DNA of 64,000 nucleotides from an uncultured Gemmatimonadales bacterium. GTDB taxonomy: Bacteria > Gemmatimonadota > Gemmatimonadetes > Gemmatimonadales > GWC2-71-9. Shown piece by piece: positions 10,037 to 20,499 of the stretch. Position 1 is the first letter of the stretch. Every line of letters begins with the position of its first letter. Made by a program: the position numbers and the translations under genes. Location of the stretch: NCBI GenBank assembly GCA_963728915.1, contig CAVSLV010000001.1, positions 512,001-576,000 on the forward strand, given 5' to 3'. Under the pieces are notes generated by a model. It was not told the origin of the DNA and did not search any database. It saw only the letters and a list, made by a program, of their open reading frames with translations.

Positions 10037-10249
10037 TTACGCTCCGAGCCTCCGCACGTTCTCCGCCGCCGGGCCCTTCTGGCCCTGCACGACATCGAAC
10101 TCGACCTTCTCGCCCTCGGCGAGGCTCTTGAAGCCCTCGGCCTGGATGGCGGAGTGATGGACGAAGCAATCCTTCGCGCCATCCTCAGGGGTGATAAATC
10201 CGAACCCCTTCGCATCATTGAACCACTTCACTGTACCGGTCGTACGCAT
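10037..10249 (-). CDS. Cold-shock protein (CspA family)
   Basis: [15 protein letters not shown] (RNP1) and CFVHHSAI (RNP2); TAAGGAG RBS before ATG 10249; paralog not assignable. Confidence 0.97.
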   Translation of the reverse strand: MRTTGTVKWFNDAKGFGFITPEDGAKDCFVHHSAIQAEGFKSLAEGEKVEFDVVQGQKGPAAENVRRLGA

Positions 10250-10366
10250 GGCAACCTGCTCCTTACGAAATGTTCCTCCGGCGAACGCGGCACTCGCCGC
10301 GGTCACTCGCGATCGCGACTAACAGAAAGGGCCGGCGAGAATGCCAGCCCTTTGAGGTGTCGCTGG

Positions 10367-10394
10367 ATTGTAGGCGCACATTGCTATGCGACAA
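10367..10394 (-). promoter_or_regulatory. Candidate sigma70 promoter of the csp gene
   Basis: Minus strand TTGTCG-N16-TACAAT, which would give a leader of about 110 nt. Confidence 0.45.
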
Positions 10395-10592
10395 ATCGCT
10401 GAAGCAAAATAACCCATACCCCCCGAAGGATCAAGCCCAGGCGGTGGGCGGAGGTCGAAACGACACACTACCACCGTAGCAAGCCAGGGCCGGAAGCCGG
10501 GCAATCTGGTGTAAATGCATGTCCAGCCTTGTGGCGGGGCGAGGCCAGTGGATTGGCTCAGCGGTTGCAATCCGATGGGGGATGGAGGTCCC

Positions 10593-11051
10593 ATGCGACC
10601 CGTTAAGCTGATCCTGAGCACGCTTCTCATCGTTCACTGCACTTCGCCGTCCGACCCGAGCCCGCTCTATCCCGGGTATTTCCTGTCCAGAGTCGGTGAT
10701 CAGTTTCTGCCCATTCCGTACGGGAATGACGGCTCGGTCCTGCTGGCCGCCTCGCTGAGCTTCTCCCCGAGCATGCGGCCGGGCGAATCGGCGGGATCCA
10801 GCGGGATCGCTCACTACACGCTCCTGATTCAGTCGGGCGATCAGACGGTGCAACACGACACCGTGGACCTCGACTACACGATCCAGAACGCCGAGCTGCA
10901 CATCAATCTGTGTCCACCGCTCGCCCTCTGTATTGCCACAACGGAGCTGATCGGGCCGGTGCTCGATCGGACCGAAGAGCTGGTGCTCACCCACTACGTC
11001 GCTGGCACGCCGGGTGACGTCTATCGCTTCTTCCCCTCGTTGCCGGATTGA
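10593..11051 (+). CDS. Hypothetical protein, possible lipoprotein
   Basis: GGAGG RBS; MRPVKLILSTLLIVHC followed by a Ser/Pro linker; lipobox is non-canonical. Confidence 0.7.
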   Translation: MRPVKLILSTLLIVHCTSPSDPSPLYPGYFLSRVGDQFLPIPYGNDGSVLLAASLSFSPSMRPGESAGSSGIAHYTLLIQSGDQTVQHDTVDLDYTIQNAELHINLCPPLALCIATTELIGPVLDRTEELVLTHYVAGTPGDVYRFFPSLPD

Positions 11052-11157
11052 GGCGGGTCGCGGGCGCCAGGACCACGTGCAGTTGGTTGCTACGAAGTCC
11101 AGAGCAAAGCGTGGAGCATCGGGTTACCATGCAGTAGTCATCCCACACGAGCCAGCC

Positions 11158-13428
11158 ATGCGCATAGCCTCCATCGCCTTTCTCGCCCTTACCGGCCTGA
11201 GCGCCGCTCCCGGCGTCCCCGAGATGCGGGGCTATTCCGATGCCGCCGCCAGGGTCCAGCGCGACTGGGAAGCCAAGTTTCGCAGCATTCCCGAGCCCCA
11301 GCGCATGCGGGCCGCCATGCAGCGGCTCTCCGCTCGGCCGCACCACGTGGGCTCGCCCTACGACAAGGACAACGCCGAGTGGCTCCTGGCGCAGTTCAAG
11401 TCCTACGGGTGGGACGCCCAGATCGAGCAATTCGATGTTCTCTTTCCAACCCCGAAGGAACGGGTGGTCGAGCTGGTCGCCCCGACGCGGTTCCGGGCCA
11501 AGCTCCAGGAGCCGGCGGTTTCGGTGGACCCAACTTCCAGCCAGCAATCCGAGCAGCTCCCCAGCTACAACGCCTATTCCGCCGATGGCGATGTGACCGC
11601 CCCTCTGGTGTACGTCAATTACGGTGTGCCCGCCGACTATGACGAGCTGGAGCGTCGAGGCGTTTCGGTGAAGGGGGCGATCGTGATCGCGCGTTACGGG
11701 CAGTCGTGGCGCGGCATCAAGCCCAAGGTCGCCGCCGAGCACGGCGCGGTGGGCGCGTTGATCTACTCCGACCCGCGCGACGATGGGTACCAGCAGGGCG
11801 AGACCTTCCCCAACGGCCCATGGCGCGGCCCGGACGGCGTGCAGCGGGGAAGCGTGATGGACATGCCGGTCCACCCCGGGGACCCACTCACCCCGGGAGT
11901 GGGCGCGGTGCCGGGCGCGAAGCGCCTTGCGGTGAAGGACGCCGAGGTCATCATGAAGATCCCGGTGCTCCCGATCTCGTATGGTGACGCCCAGCCGCTC
12001 CTGGCGGCCCTGACCGGACCGGTCGCGCCTGCGTCGTGGCGAGGGGGACTGCCGATCACCTACCGCATGGGTCCGGGCGCGGCGAAGGTGCACCTCAAGC
12101 TGTCCTTCAACTGGGATATCAAGCCGCTCTACGACGTCATCGCGCGGCTGCCCGGCGCGACCTTCCCGGATGAGTGGGTGATCCGTGGGAACCATCACGA
12201 CGCCTGGGTGAACGGCGCGGAGGATCCGATCTCGGGGTTGGTGCCGGAGCTCGAGGAGGCTCGCGCCATGGGCGAGCTGGTCAAGCAGGGCTGGCGCCCC
12301 AAGCGCACCATCATCTACGCCGCATGGGACGGTGAGGAGCCGGCGCTCCTGGGTTCCACCGAATGGGTCGAGGCCCACCGGGACGAGCTGGCCCGCCGTG
12401 CGGTCTTCTATCTCAACACCGACGGGAACGGCCGCGGCTTCTTCGGCGCGGGCGGATCGCACTCCCTGGAGAAGCTCGTCAACGAAATTATTCGGGACGT
12501 CGAGGATCCCGAGACCAAACTCTCGGTGTGGAAGCGCACCCAGCTCAAGCTGATCCACGACGGAGATGCTCACGAGCGTGCCGACGCGCGGAACCGGGAA
12601 GACCTCCGGATCGAAGCCCTCGGTTCGGGTTCGGACTTTACTCCGTTCCTTCAGTTCGCCGGCGTTGCCACCCTCAACATGGGATTCGGTGGCGAGGACG
12701 GCGGCGGTATCTATCACTCGGTCTACGACGACTTCTACTGGTACACCCACTTCAGCGACACGTCCTTTGTGTATGGCCGGGCGCTGGCGCAGGTAGCGGG
12801 CAGCATGATCATGCGAGTCGCTGATGCCGAGCTCCTGCCGTTTGCCTTTACCAACATGGCCGAGACCGCGTCCGGGTACGTGAGTGAGCTTGAGAAACTC
12901 CGGGAGCTGCGAGCTGATTCGGTCACCGAGCGCTCCCGCGAGCTGGACGAAGGTGTCTACGCCGCCACCAACGACCCACACGAGCCCATGTCGGCGCCGG
13001 CGCGGCAGGCGCCGGTTCCAGCGCTCAACTTCGCGCCGCTTCAGAACGCGGTCGATCTGCTGCACCGTATGGCGGACGACTACGAGGAGGCCGTCGAGAA
13101 AGCCCAGGACAACGGCGGGACCGCGCTGGACCGGGCGCCGCTCGGCGGCGTCAACGCGAAGCTGATTCAGGCCGAGCATGCCCTCACCAGCCCGGACGGG
13201 TTGCCGAAACGACCCTGGTACCAGCACCTGCTGTACGCGCCGGGGCTTTATACGGGCTACGGAGTGAAGACCATGCCTGGCGCGCGCGAAGCGATCGAGC
13301 TGGGCCGGTGGGACGAGGCCAACACCGAGCTGGGCCGGATCGCAGTGGCGGTCGAGGCGCAGGCCAAGGTCGTTCGCTCGGCGGCCGATGAGCTCCGGCG
13401 CGCCATGGGGCAGGCGCTGACGCCCTGA
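11158..13428 (+). CDS. M28 metallopeptidase, glutamate carboxypeptidase II-like (PA domain plus TFR-dimer domain), secreted
   Basis: LVYVNYG, GNHHDAW, GAEDP, WDGEE, YLNTD, GSGSDF, YHSVYD; signal peptide. Confidence 0.93.
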   Translation: MRIASIAFLALTGLSAAPGVPEMRGYSDAAARVQRDWEAKFRSIPEPQRMRAAMQRLSARPHHVGSPYDKDNAEWLLAQFKSYGWDAQIEQFDVLFPTPKERVVELVAPTRFRAKLQEPAVSVDPTSSQQSEQLPSYNAYSADGDVTAPLVYVNYGVPADYDELERRGVSVKGAIVIARYGQSWRGIKPKVAAEHGAVGALIYSDPRDDGYQQGETFPNGPWRGPDGVQRGSVMDMPVHPGDPLTPGVGAVPGAKRLAVKDAEVIMKIPVLPISYGDAQPLLAALTGPVAPASWRGGLPITYRMGPGAAKVHLKLSFNWDIKPLYDVIARLPGATFPDEWVIRGNHHDAWVNGAEDPISGLVPELEEARAMGELVKQGWRPKRTIIYAAWDGEEPALLGSTEWVEAHRDELARRAVFYLNTDGNGRGFFGAGGSHSLEKLVNEIIRDVEDPETKLSVWKRTQLKLIHDGDAHERADARNREDLRIEALGSGSDFTPFLQFAGVATLNMGFGGEDGGGIYHSVYDDFYWYTHFSDTSFVYGRALAQVAGSMIMRVADAELLPFAFTNMAETASGYVSELEKLRELRADSVTERSRELDEGVYAATNDPHEPMSAPARQAPVPALNFAPLQNAVDLLHRMADDYEEAVEKAQDNGGTALDRAPLGGVNAKLIQAEHALTSPDGLPKRPWYQHLLYAPGLYTGYGVKTMPGAREAIELGRWDEANTELGRIAVAVEAQAKVVRSAADELRRAMGQALTP

Positions 13429-13538
13429 ACCATGCGGCCGGTGTTGGTTAACCCGCTCTCATCATTTCTTTCTCAGGCTTTCATGAACTGAATCGCTCCG
13501 CCGCCGTTCCGGCCCGCCTCCTGCTGATATGACCCGGC

Positions 13539-15785
13539 ATGAGTCCGGGCCCGGCGCAGTTTCAGTCGATCGTCGAGAACATCACCGATCTGGTAACCAT
13601 CTTCGACGCGGATGGGACCATCCGGTACCTCAGCCCCTCGCTTCGCACGATGCTGGGCTACGCGCCGGAAGAGCTGCTCGGCAGCCGCATCGACGGATTG
13701 TTGCATCCGGAAGACGTCGAAGGGGTGCGGCAGTTCTGCAGCAGCCTCATGGCGAAGAGTTATGGAACCGGAAGTATCGCCTGTCGAGTCGGTCACAGGG
13801 ACGGCTCCTGGCGATGGGTCGAATCGGTGGGAGCGAACCGGCTGGAAGACTCCGCCCTGTCCGGCATCCTCGTCGTCATGCGGGATATTACCGAACGAAA
13901 ACGAGTGGAGAACCGGCTCCGCGCCAATGAACGCCAGCTCGAGGCGATCGTCCAGGCCGTCAACGATATCGTGTTCGAATTCGACGGAGATGGCCGGTAT
14001 CTCGACGTGTTCGCCGCGGACGAGACCAAGCTGGCGGCCCCGAAGAAGGATGTGCTCGGACACACCATCGCCGAGGTTCTGGGCGCCACCGCCGCGAAGC
14101 CGTTCCTGGACCCCATCCGTCGAGTCCTGGAGACCGGGCTTCCCGAACGTTTCGAATACAGCCTGACGGTTCGGGACGGGGAGCGTCACTTCTTTACCCG
14201 GCTGCACCGGATGCCTGGACTCGACGGCGCCGGGCCCACCGTGTGCATGGCCATCAGCGATATCACCGATCGCAAGAATGCGGAAGAGGCGCTGGCGCGA
14301 AGCGAGGCCCAATACCGCGCCTTGGTGGAGCATGCCCCGCTCGGGGTGTTCCGGGCCAAGCCGGATGGGCGGCTCCTTGCGGCAAACCCCGCGCTCGTGT
14401 CCATGCTGGGATACGACTCTCCTGAGGCCCTGCTTTCGGCGAACCTCACCCGGAACGTGTACGTACACCCATCCAGGACCCTCGAGAACGGAGCCGGCAC
14501 CGAGGAAACCCAGTGGAGGAAGCAGGACGGCTCGCAGATCTGGGTCCGGGTCCATCTTCGGCCGGATCCGGCTCCGGGCGCAGGCGGCGAGTTCAACGGG
14601 CTGGTGGAAGATGTGACGGTCGAGCGGAACCTCGAGGCCCAATTCCTCCAGGCCCAGAAGATGGAGGCGGTGGGGCGGCTGGCCGGTGGTGTCGCGCACG
14701 ATTTCAACAACACGTTGACCGCGATCCTGAGCTACAGCGACATGCTGATCAATGATCTTGCGCCCGGGGATTCCCGGCGGCTCGACCTGGAGCAGATCCG
14801 CCGCTCCGGGAAGCGCGCCGCCGAGCTGACCCAGCAGCTGCTGGCGTTCAGTCGGAGACAGGTCCTGCAGACCCGGGTGCTCGATCTCAATGAAGTGGTG
14901 GGGAAGACCGAGCGCATGCTCCGCCGGGTCATCGGCGAAGATATCAAGGTGGGGATCGTGACCGGTGATCAGCCGGCCATCATCCGTGCCGACGCCGGTC
15001 AGATTGAACAGATCATCCTGAATCTGGCCGTGAACGCCCGGGACGCGATGCCCGGTGGCGGTCTCCTGACGATCGAGACCGCCAACGTCGACCTCGACGA
15101 GCTTTTTGCCCACCGACATCAGGATGTCGCGCCCGGTCGATATGTCATGCTGGCGGTCACCGACACCGGGGTCGGGATTACTCCGGACGTCTTCCAGCAT
15201 CTGTTCGAGCCGTTCTTCACGACCAAGGGCCCAGGGAAAGGAACCGGTCTCGGCCTCGCGACGGTGTACGGGATCGTCAAGCAGAGTGGAGGCTCGATCT
15301 GGCCGTACAGCCAACCGGGAAGGGGAACGACCTTCAAGATCTACTTCCCACGAGTCGAGGAGTCCGTGGAGCATCGGGAAGAAGGGCCGTCGAGGCCATC
15401 AGGCGGTGGGCGGGAAACGATCCTGGTTGCGGAGGATGAGGATAGCGTTCGAGAAGTCGTTTCACGGGTTCTTTCCAAGAAGGGATATCACCTGTTGCTC
15501 GCAGAGAACGGGGAGGCCGCCCTGCGGCTCGCCCGAAGCCGGCCGGGGTCTATCCAGCTTCTCCTGACCGACCTGGTGATGCCCGGCATGTCGGGGGGTG
15601 AGCTCGCCCAGAGGCTGCGGGATGAACAACCCGGCCTTCGGATCCTGTTCATGTCCGGATACACCGATGACGCCGTGGTTCGCCAGGGCGTGCTGGAGAA
15701 GGGAGTCCCCTACCTCCAGAAGCCGTTTACCGCCGAGGCCCTGGCGGCGAGAGTCAGAGAGGTCCTCGACGGGGCGAGCGGGTAG
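13539..15785 (+). CDS. Cytoplasmic hybrid histidine kinase, PAS x3 - HisKA - HATPase - REC (CckA-like)
   Basis: AHDFNN H-box, NLAVNARDAM, DTGVG, FEPFFTTK, GTGLGL; receiver LLTDLVMPG and QKPF. Confidence 0.95.
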   Translation: MSPGPAQFQSIVENITDLVTIFDADGTIRYLSPSLRTMLGYAPEELLGSRIDGLLHPEDVEGVRQFCSSLMAKSYGTGSIACRVGHRDGSWRWVESVGANRLEDSALSGILVVMRDITERKRVENRLRANERQLEAIVQAVNDIVFEFDGDGRYLDVFAADETKLAAPKKDVLGHTIAEVLGATAAKPFLDPIRRVLETGLPERFEYSLTVRDGERHFFTRLHRMPGLDGAGPTVCMAISDITDRKNAEEALARSEAQYRALVEHAPLGVFRAKPDGRLLAANPALVSMLGYDSPEALLSANLTRNVYVHPSRTLENGAGTEETQWRKQDGSQIWVRVHLRPDPAPGAGGEFNGLVEDVTVERNLEAQFLQAQKMEAVGRLAGGVAHDFNNTLTAILSYSDMLINDLAPGDSRRLDLEQIRRSGKRAAELTQQLLAFSRRQVLQTRVLDLNEVVGKTERMLRRVIGEDIKVGIVTGDQPAIIRADAGQIEQIILNLAVNARDAMPGGGLLTIETANVDLDELFAHRHQDVAPGRYVMLAVTDTGVGITPDVFQHLFEPFFTTKGPGKGTGLGLATVYGIVKQSGGSIWPYSQPGRGTTFKIYFPRVEESVEHREEGPSRPSGGGRETILVAEDEDSVREVVSRVLSKKGYHLLLAENGEAALRLARSRPGSIQLLLTDLVMPGMSGGELAQRLRDEQPGLRILFMSGYTDDAVVRQGVLEKGVPYLQKPFTAEALAARVREVLDGASG

Positions 15786-15908
15786 CTCGAATCGGCCAAT
15801 CCTCCGACGTTTTACGCCTTCCTGAGTAAGTCTCGCAGGAGCGACCCTTCAACTTCGATCTACCTCTCGCCGCTTCTCCGTCCGGCCTCGCCACCCGGCC
15901 GGGGACCG

Positions 15909-16680
15909 GTGCGCGACCGGTCTCCGGCAGGCGAGCCGGTTTCTGGCTCTGGGTCTCCCTTGTTGCCGGTGGCCTGGCGGTCCTCGAAGCCGTCGCCGTT
16001 CGGATCCTCCGGATCGACGATGGCAGGATCGGCGCCTATGCAGGGATCGTCCTCCTGTGCGCCGGGGCGATGGCGCTGCTCTCCGGGATCGCCTCCCGGA
16101 TCGGGTGGCCAAGAACCCTGTCGGCCACAGGTCTCGTGATGGCGATCGGGGGCGGCGCCGAGGTTCTCGGACTCTACAGCGCGCTCCCGTTCGGGCGGTA
16201 CGAGTACACCGACTGGTGGCTGCCGTACGTCACCCTTCCTAACGGCAAGCTCTTCCCCATCCTCATGCCGCTCACCTGGTTTCTGGTGGTCGCCGCCTGC
16301 TATCTCGTCCTCGCCCGGCGAATGCGGGGCTGGGCACTCATCATCGGCACCGCAGCCTTCGCCGCCCTGGTAGATCTGGCCTTCGAGCCGGTCATCACCC
16401 GGGTGGTGTTCCTCTGGCGCTGGCTCGAGCCGGCGCCGCTGCTCGGGGCTCCCTACCAGAACGCGTTGGGCTGGTTCGTGATCTCGGGAATCGCCGCGTG
16501 CTGCTTGCAGGCGCTCCAGCTCTGGCGCGCGAGGGAGCTGGCTCATCCTGGATGGATGCTTTCCGCCGGGCTCATCGCGACCGCTGTGATCGGGCTCGCG
16601 TACGGAGAGCCACGCGGAGCCGTGGCCCTCGCCATCCTGCCGATGGCGCTTTGGGGCCGGGGCCGGGGGACCGGGCCTAG
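15909..16680 (+). CDS. CruF-like carotenoid biosynthesis family membrane protein (frameshifts near both ends)
   Basis: EVLGLYSALPFGRYEY, PILMPLTW, DLAFEP, WRW, GAPYQNALGW. A hydrophobic in-frame extension upstream of 16070 has no start codon. One more G in the G run at ~16667 gives a stop at TAG 16680. Confidence 0.7.
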
Positions 16681-16682
16681 CC

Positions 16683-17467
16683 ATGCATCCGGTCCTCTTT
16701 CACCTGTTCGGGTATCCGGTCGAGGCCGCCGGCACCCTTTACCTCTTCGCCGTGATTGTTTCGGGCATCTACGCCGCTCGCATCTGCCGAAGGCTGAGTG
16801 GCAACCCCGACGACGTGATTCCCGGGGTGTTCCTGACCGTCCTCGCGGCGTACGTGGGGGCTCGGCTACACGGTGCGATCCTGGTGCAGGGAGGCCTTCC
16901 GGCTCACCCGCTGCGAGCAGCTGGCACACCCCGGCGCGCTCAGCTTCTTCGGAGGCCTCCTGCTGGGGGCGCCGGTCCTGCTCGGCTACCTGCGCTGGAA
17001 ACGGTATCCAGTCGGCGCAGTCGTGGATCAGCTCGCCCCGCTCGTGCCGATCCTCTACGCCCTGTTCCGGCTGGGATGTTTCCTGAACGGGGACGACTAC
17101 GGTCCGCCGACCGGGCTGCCCTGGGGGATGCGGTTCTCCCAGGGCTCGCCGCCCACCGCGGTGCGGGTCCATCCGACTCAGCTCTACGAAATCCTGCTCA
17201 TGGTGCCGGTCTTCCTCTGGATGCGGTGGACGCCGGAAAGCGGGTCTTCCCTCGGGGGCGCTCATGGGCGAGCTCGGCGTCCTGCTCGGGTTGGAGCGGT
17301 TCGTGGTGGAGTTCTGGCGACTGGGGCCCCGAGGGTTTGCCGGGCTCAGCGTGGCGCAGGGGCTCGCGCTGCTGCTGATCGCCGTCGGACTGAGCGGGAG
17401 GATAGTGGTCGCCGCAAAGCAGTCGCGGGTTATGGGAGTGGTGCACCCGTCGGGATTCCTCAACTGA
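16683..17467 (+). CDS. lgt: Prolipoprotein diacylglyceryl transferase (frameshifts near 16912 and 17235)
   Basis: MHPVLF and VGARL in the first frame; GALSFFGG, RLGCFLNGDDYG, LPWG and HPTQLYE in the second; ERFVVEFWR and SVAQ in the third. Confidence 0.88.
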
Positions 17468-17485
17468 TGCCATCGGAGAGCCTCT

Positions 17486-19474
17486 ATGCCCAGGGTCACG
17501 CTGTATAACCGAATCCTCGCAACTGCCGGGATTCTTGGCTTCGTCGGGACCATCGTGGTGTTCGACCTGGGGTGCCCGGGGAGTACCGACAACAACAGCG
17601 GCTATCCCGTCCAGACCGTCACGGTGCAGCCTAACCCGGTCAGTGTGAGGGTCGGAGGATCGGCGCAGCTGGCCGTGACGGTGATCGATTCCCATGGCGG
17701 CACGATCGAGGACGAGGAGGTGACCTGGTCGTCGAGCGACCCGACGATCGCCACGGTTTCCGGAAACAGCACCGGCGCCGTGGTTACCGGAGTGCGAGCC
17801 GGTGTTGTTACGATCACGGCGACGAGCTTGGGCGTGACCGGCAAGACGACTGTAACCGTCAGTGATGTGCCGGTCGCTTCGGTCAGCGTGACCGGGGCCG
17901 CCAGTGTTGGGGAGCTCGAGAGCACGACGTTGACCGCAACGGCCAAGGACGCGAGCGGCAATGTCCTCCCTGGCCGGACCGTCGCGTGGAGTTCCAGTGA
18001 CCCAACCGTCGCCTCGGTGGGCAGCGCGGGGATGGTCAGCGGCAACAAGGGAGGGACAGCGACGATCACGGCGACCATCGAGCTGGTGAACGGCTCGGCT
18101 CCCATCACCGTGATCCCGGCGACGGTCGCGGGAGTGGACCTGTTCGCGCTCGCGCACGAGTTGAGCGTCGGCGAAAGCACGCACATCTCTGCCACCGTAA
18201 AAGACGCCCAGCAGCGCACGCTGTTGGGCCGGTCGGTCACCTGGTCGTCCAGCAACGCGGCCATCGCCAGCGTCAACGCCGACGGGCTGGTCACCGGCGT
18301 CGCGGCCGGCGGCCCGGTCACCATCACCGCGAGCTGTGAAGGCAAGAGCGGAACGACGCAGATTACCGTGACGGCCATGCCCTCCGTGGTCTCGGGCCGG
18401 GTGATCAACTACGTCACCGGCCAGGGGATCGGCGGGGCGGCGGTGAGCTTCCGATCCAATGATGGCGTCGGCTCCCTCCTCGGGGGCACCACCGCGGGCG
18501 CCGATGGAACCTTCACCTCGCCGGCGTTTTCGAGCGGAATATCGAGCGGCGTGCTGGTCGAGGCGAGCGCGAACGGATACGTGACGGGCCGGATTCTGGT
18601 GGGCAGCGTGCCGGCGGGGGCCACGACCTACGCGGGAGATGTTCCCCTGGTGCCCACGAGCTCGATGACCGGAGGCATCTCCGGGGTGATCAGGAACGCC
18701 CGGACTGCTGCCGGGATTTCCGGCGCCACCGTTTCCGTGTTCAACAACGTGAGCTCCAGCGCCGTCGCGACTCAGACGAGTGATGGGAACGGGAATTTCT
18801 CGTTTGCGGCGTTGTCGGCTGGAACCTATAGACTCACGGCCTCCGCCACCGGATTTCAGAACGCCCAGCGGATCGGGGTCGCGGTGGGGGACGGCGGGGT
18901 TACCGCCAACCAGGACCTGGTCCTGTCGCCCAGCGGGACCAATGCCGTGACCATTGTGCTCACCTGGGGCGCGTCGCCTTCCGATCTGGACTCCCATCTG
19001 ACCGGACCCAACCCTGACGCGAGTCGCTTCCACGTCTACTATGCCTCGCGGGGCAACCTGACCGCGGCGCCGTTCGCCAACCTGGACGTGGACGATGTTT
19101 CGAGCTACGGCCCCGAGACCATAACCATCACCCAGATGAGCTCCGGCACCTATCGCTATTCGGTCCACGACTACAGCGACCGCACCTCGAACCCGAGCAG
19201 TGGGCTTGGGTCCTCGGGAGCCAAGGTCCAGGTCTACACCGCCGCGGGACTGGCTCAGACGTTCTCGGTACCAGGCGGAGCGGGCACGCTGTGGACCGTC
19301 TTCGAGCTGAGCGGCACACTCGACAATCCGGTCATCACACCGAGAAACATCATGGGCTACGCCAGTGATCCGAGCGCCATCACCGCCCCGCCGCTGCTGC
19401 CGGGCATCGGCCTCACGGATGGGAGCCTGATTGGAAGCGCGGTGCGGCTCAACCCCAAAGGCAGTCCCCGCTGA
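17486..19474 (+). CDS. Surface protein: three Big_2 Ig-like domains, two carboxypeptidase-regulatory-like domains and a YfaP-like domain; possible lipoprotein
   Basis: Three (T/A)WSSS(D/N)xxxA(T/S)V repeats; two (V/I)SGxVxN units; IVLTWG..DLDSHL..LDVDD..GPETITI; N-terminal hydrophobic segment ending DLGC. Confidence 0.88.
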   Translation: MPRVTLYNRILATAGILGFVGTIVVFDLGCPGSTDNNSGYPVQTVTVQPNPVSVRVGGSAQLAVTVIDSHGGTIEDEEVTWSSSDPTIATVSGNSTGAVVTGVRAGVVTITATSLGVTGKTTVTVSDVPVASVSVTGAASVGELESTTLTATAKDASGNVLPGRTVAWSSSDPTVASVGSAGMVSGNKGGTATITATIELVNGSAPITVIPATVAGVDLFALAHELSVGESTHISATVKDAQQRTLLGRSVTWSSSNAAIASVNADGLVTGVAAGGPVTITASCEGKSGTTQITVTAMPSVVSGRVINYVTGQGIGGAAVSFRSNDGVGSLLGGTTAGADGTFTSPAFSSGISSGVLVEASANGYVTGRILVGSVPAGATTYAGDVPLVPTSSMTGGISGVIRNARTAAGISGATVSVFNNVSSSAVATQTSDGNGNFSFAALSAGTYRLTASATGFQNAQRIGVAVGDGGVTANQDLVLSPSGTNAVTIVLTWGASPSDLDSHLTGPNPDASRFHVYYASRGNLTAAPFANLDVDDVSSYGPETITITQMSSGTYRYSVHDYSDRTSNPSSGLGSSGAKVQVYTAAGLAQTFSVPGGAGTLWTVFELSGTLDNPVITPRNIMGYASDPSAITAPPLLPGIGLTDGSLIGSAVRLNPKGSPR

Positions 19475-19489
19475 GCCGGAGGGGGCGGC

Positions 19490-19515
19490 TGACACTCCGG
19501 TTCCAACAATCCGTA
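19490..19515 (+). promoter_or_regulatory. Candidate ECF (sigmaW-like) promoter for the DUF4097 gene
   Basis: TGACAC-N16-CGTA versus the sigmaW consensus TGAAAC-N16-CGTA. Confidence 0.4.
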
Positions 19516-19563
19516 GGGCCGGGGCATCGAATTGACCGGACCCCGACCTGGCGAGGAACCACC

Positions 19564-20478
19564 ATGCAGCGGCTTATCCCCTTGGCAGCACTCACCCTCC
19601 TGGCCGCCGGACCCCTGGCCGGCCAGGAAATCGTGGGACGAAACGACCAGACCTTCACCCTGAATGAGGCGGTCAGCCAGGGTGGGTGGGTGCGGATCGC
19701 CACCTTCAACGGCCGGATCGACATCACCCAGGGAACCAGCGGCCGGGTGGAGGTCCGCGCCGTCAAGGAGATCCGCCGGGGCGACGTCGAGGATATCGGC
19801 TTCGTTGTCCGCCGGGAGCGCGACGGGATCACGATCTGCGCCGTATTTGTAGACCAGGATGAGTGCGGTGCGGATGGCAACTACCATGGCGGCAACCACT
19901 CCGGCAACTGGTCCCGGAATCACCAGGGCCGGGTGGAATTCACGGTGCAGATCCCGGCCGGAGTCCGGGTCAAGGCAGCTAGCGGGAACGGTGACGTGAC
20001 GATTGCGGGGGCCGGCGCCGAAGTGGTGGCGGAAACCGGGAACGGCCGAGTCGATATCGCCGGCTCCACCGGCCAGGTGCAGGCCGAGACGGGCAACGGT
20101 GAGGTCACCGTTCGAGATGCCCGCGGTCCGGTGGACGTTTCGACTGGAAGCGGCGACGTTCGGGTGATGACGTCCACCGGGCCGGTTTCCGCCAACAGCG
20201 GCAACGGAGACATCGACGTGAGTATCGGCAAGATGGAGCGCTCACCCGACATGAGCTTTTCGACCGGGAATGGCCAGGTGACGCTCCGGCTCCCGGATGG
20301 CTACGGGGCGGAGCTGGACGCGAGCACCGGGAACGGCCACGTCACCAGCGACTTCCCGGTCCGAATCCAGAGCGGCCGGCTCGATCGCACCCGGCTTCGG
20401 GGCACTCTCGGCAACGGGGGCGGGCGGCTCTCGGTCAGCTCCGGCAACGGTGACGTGGAGATCCGGCGCCAGCCCTGA
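19564..20478 (+). CDS. DUF4097-family beta-strand repeat protein, secreted
   Basis: GAGGA RBS; signal peptide; repeated (S/T)GNGxV motifs. Confidence 0.88.
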   Translation: MQRLIPLAALTLLAAGPLAGQEIVGRNDQTFTLNEAVSQGGWVRIATFNGRIDITQGTSGRVEVRAVKEIRRGDVEDIGFVVRRERDGITICAVFVDQDECGADGNYHGGNHSGNWSRNHQGRVEFTVQIPAGVRVKAASGNGDVTIAGAGAEVVAETGNGRVDIAGSTGQVQAETGNGEVTVRDARGPVDVSTGSGDVRVMTSTGPVSANSGNGDIDVSIGKMERSPDMSFSTGNGQVTLRLPDGYGAELDASTGNGHVTSDFPVRIQSGRLDRTRLRGTLGNGGGRLSVSSGNGDVEIRRQP

Positions 20479-20499
20479 GCGGGTACCACATCGAGCGGT

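Noticed and set aside
16070..17086. CruF-Lgt fusion
   Set aside because: The tail after ~16680 is out-of-frame read-through; Lgt starts with a canonical MHPVLF at 16683
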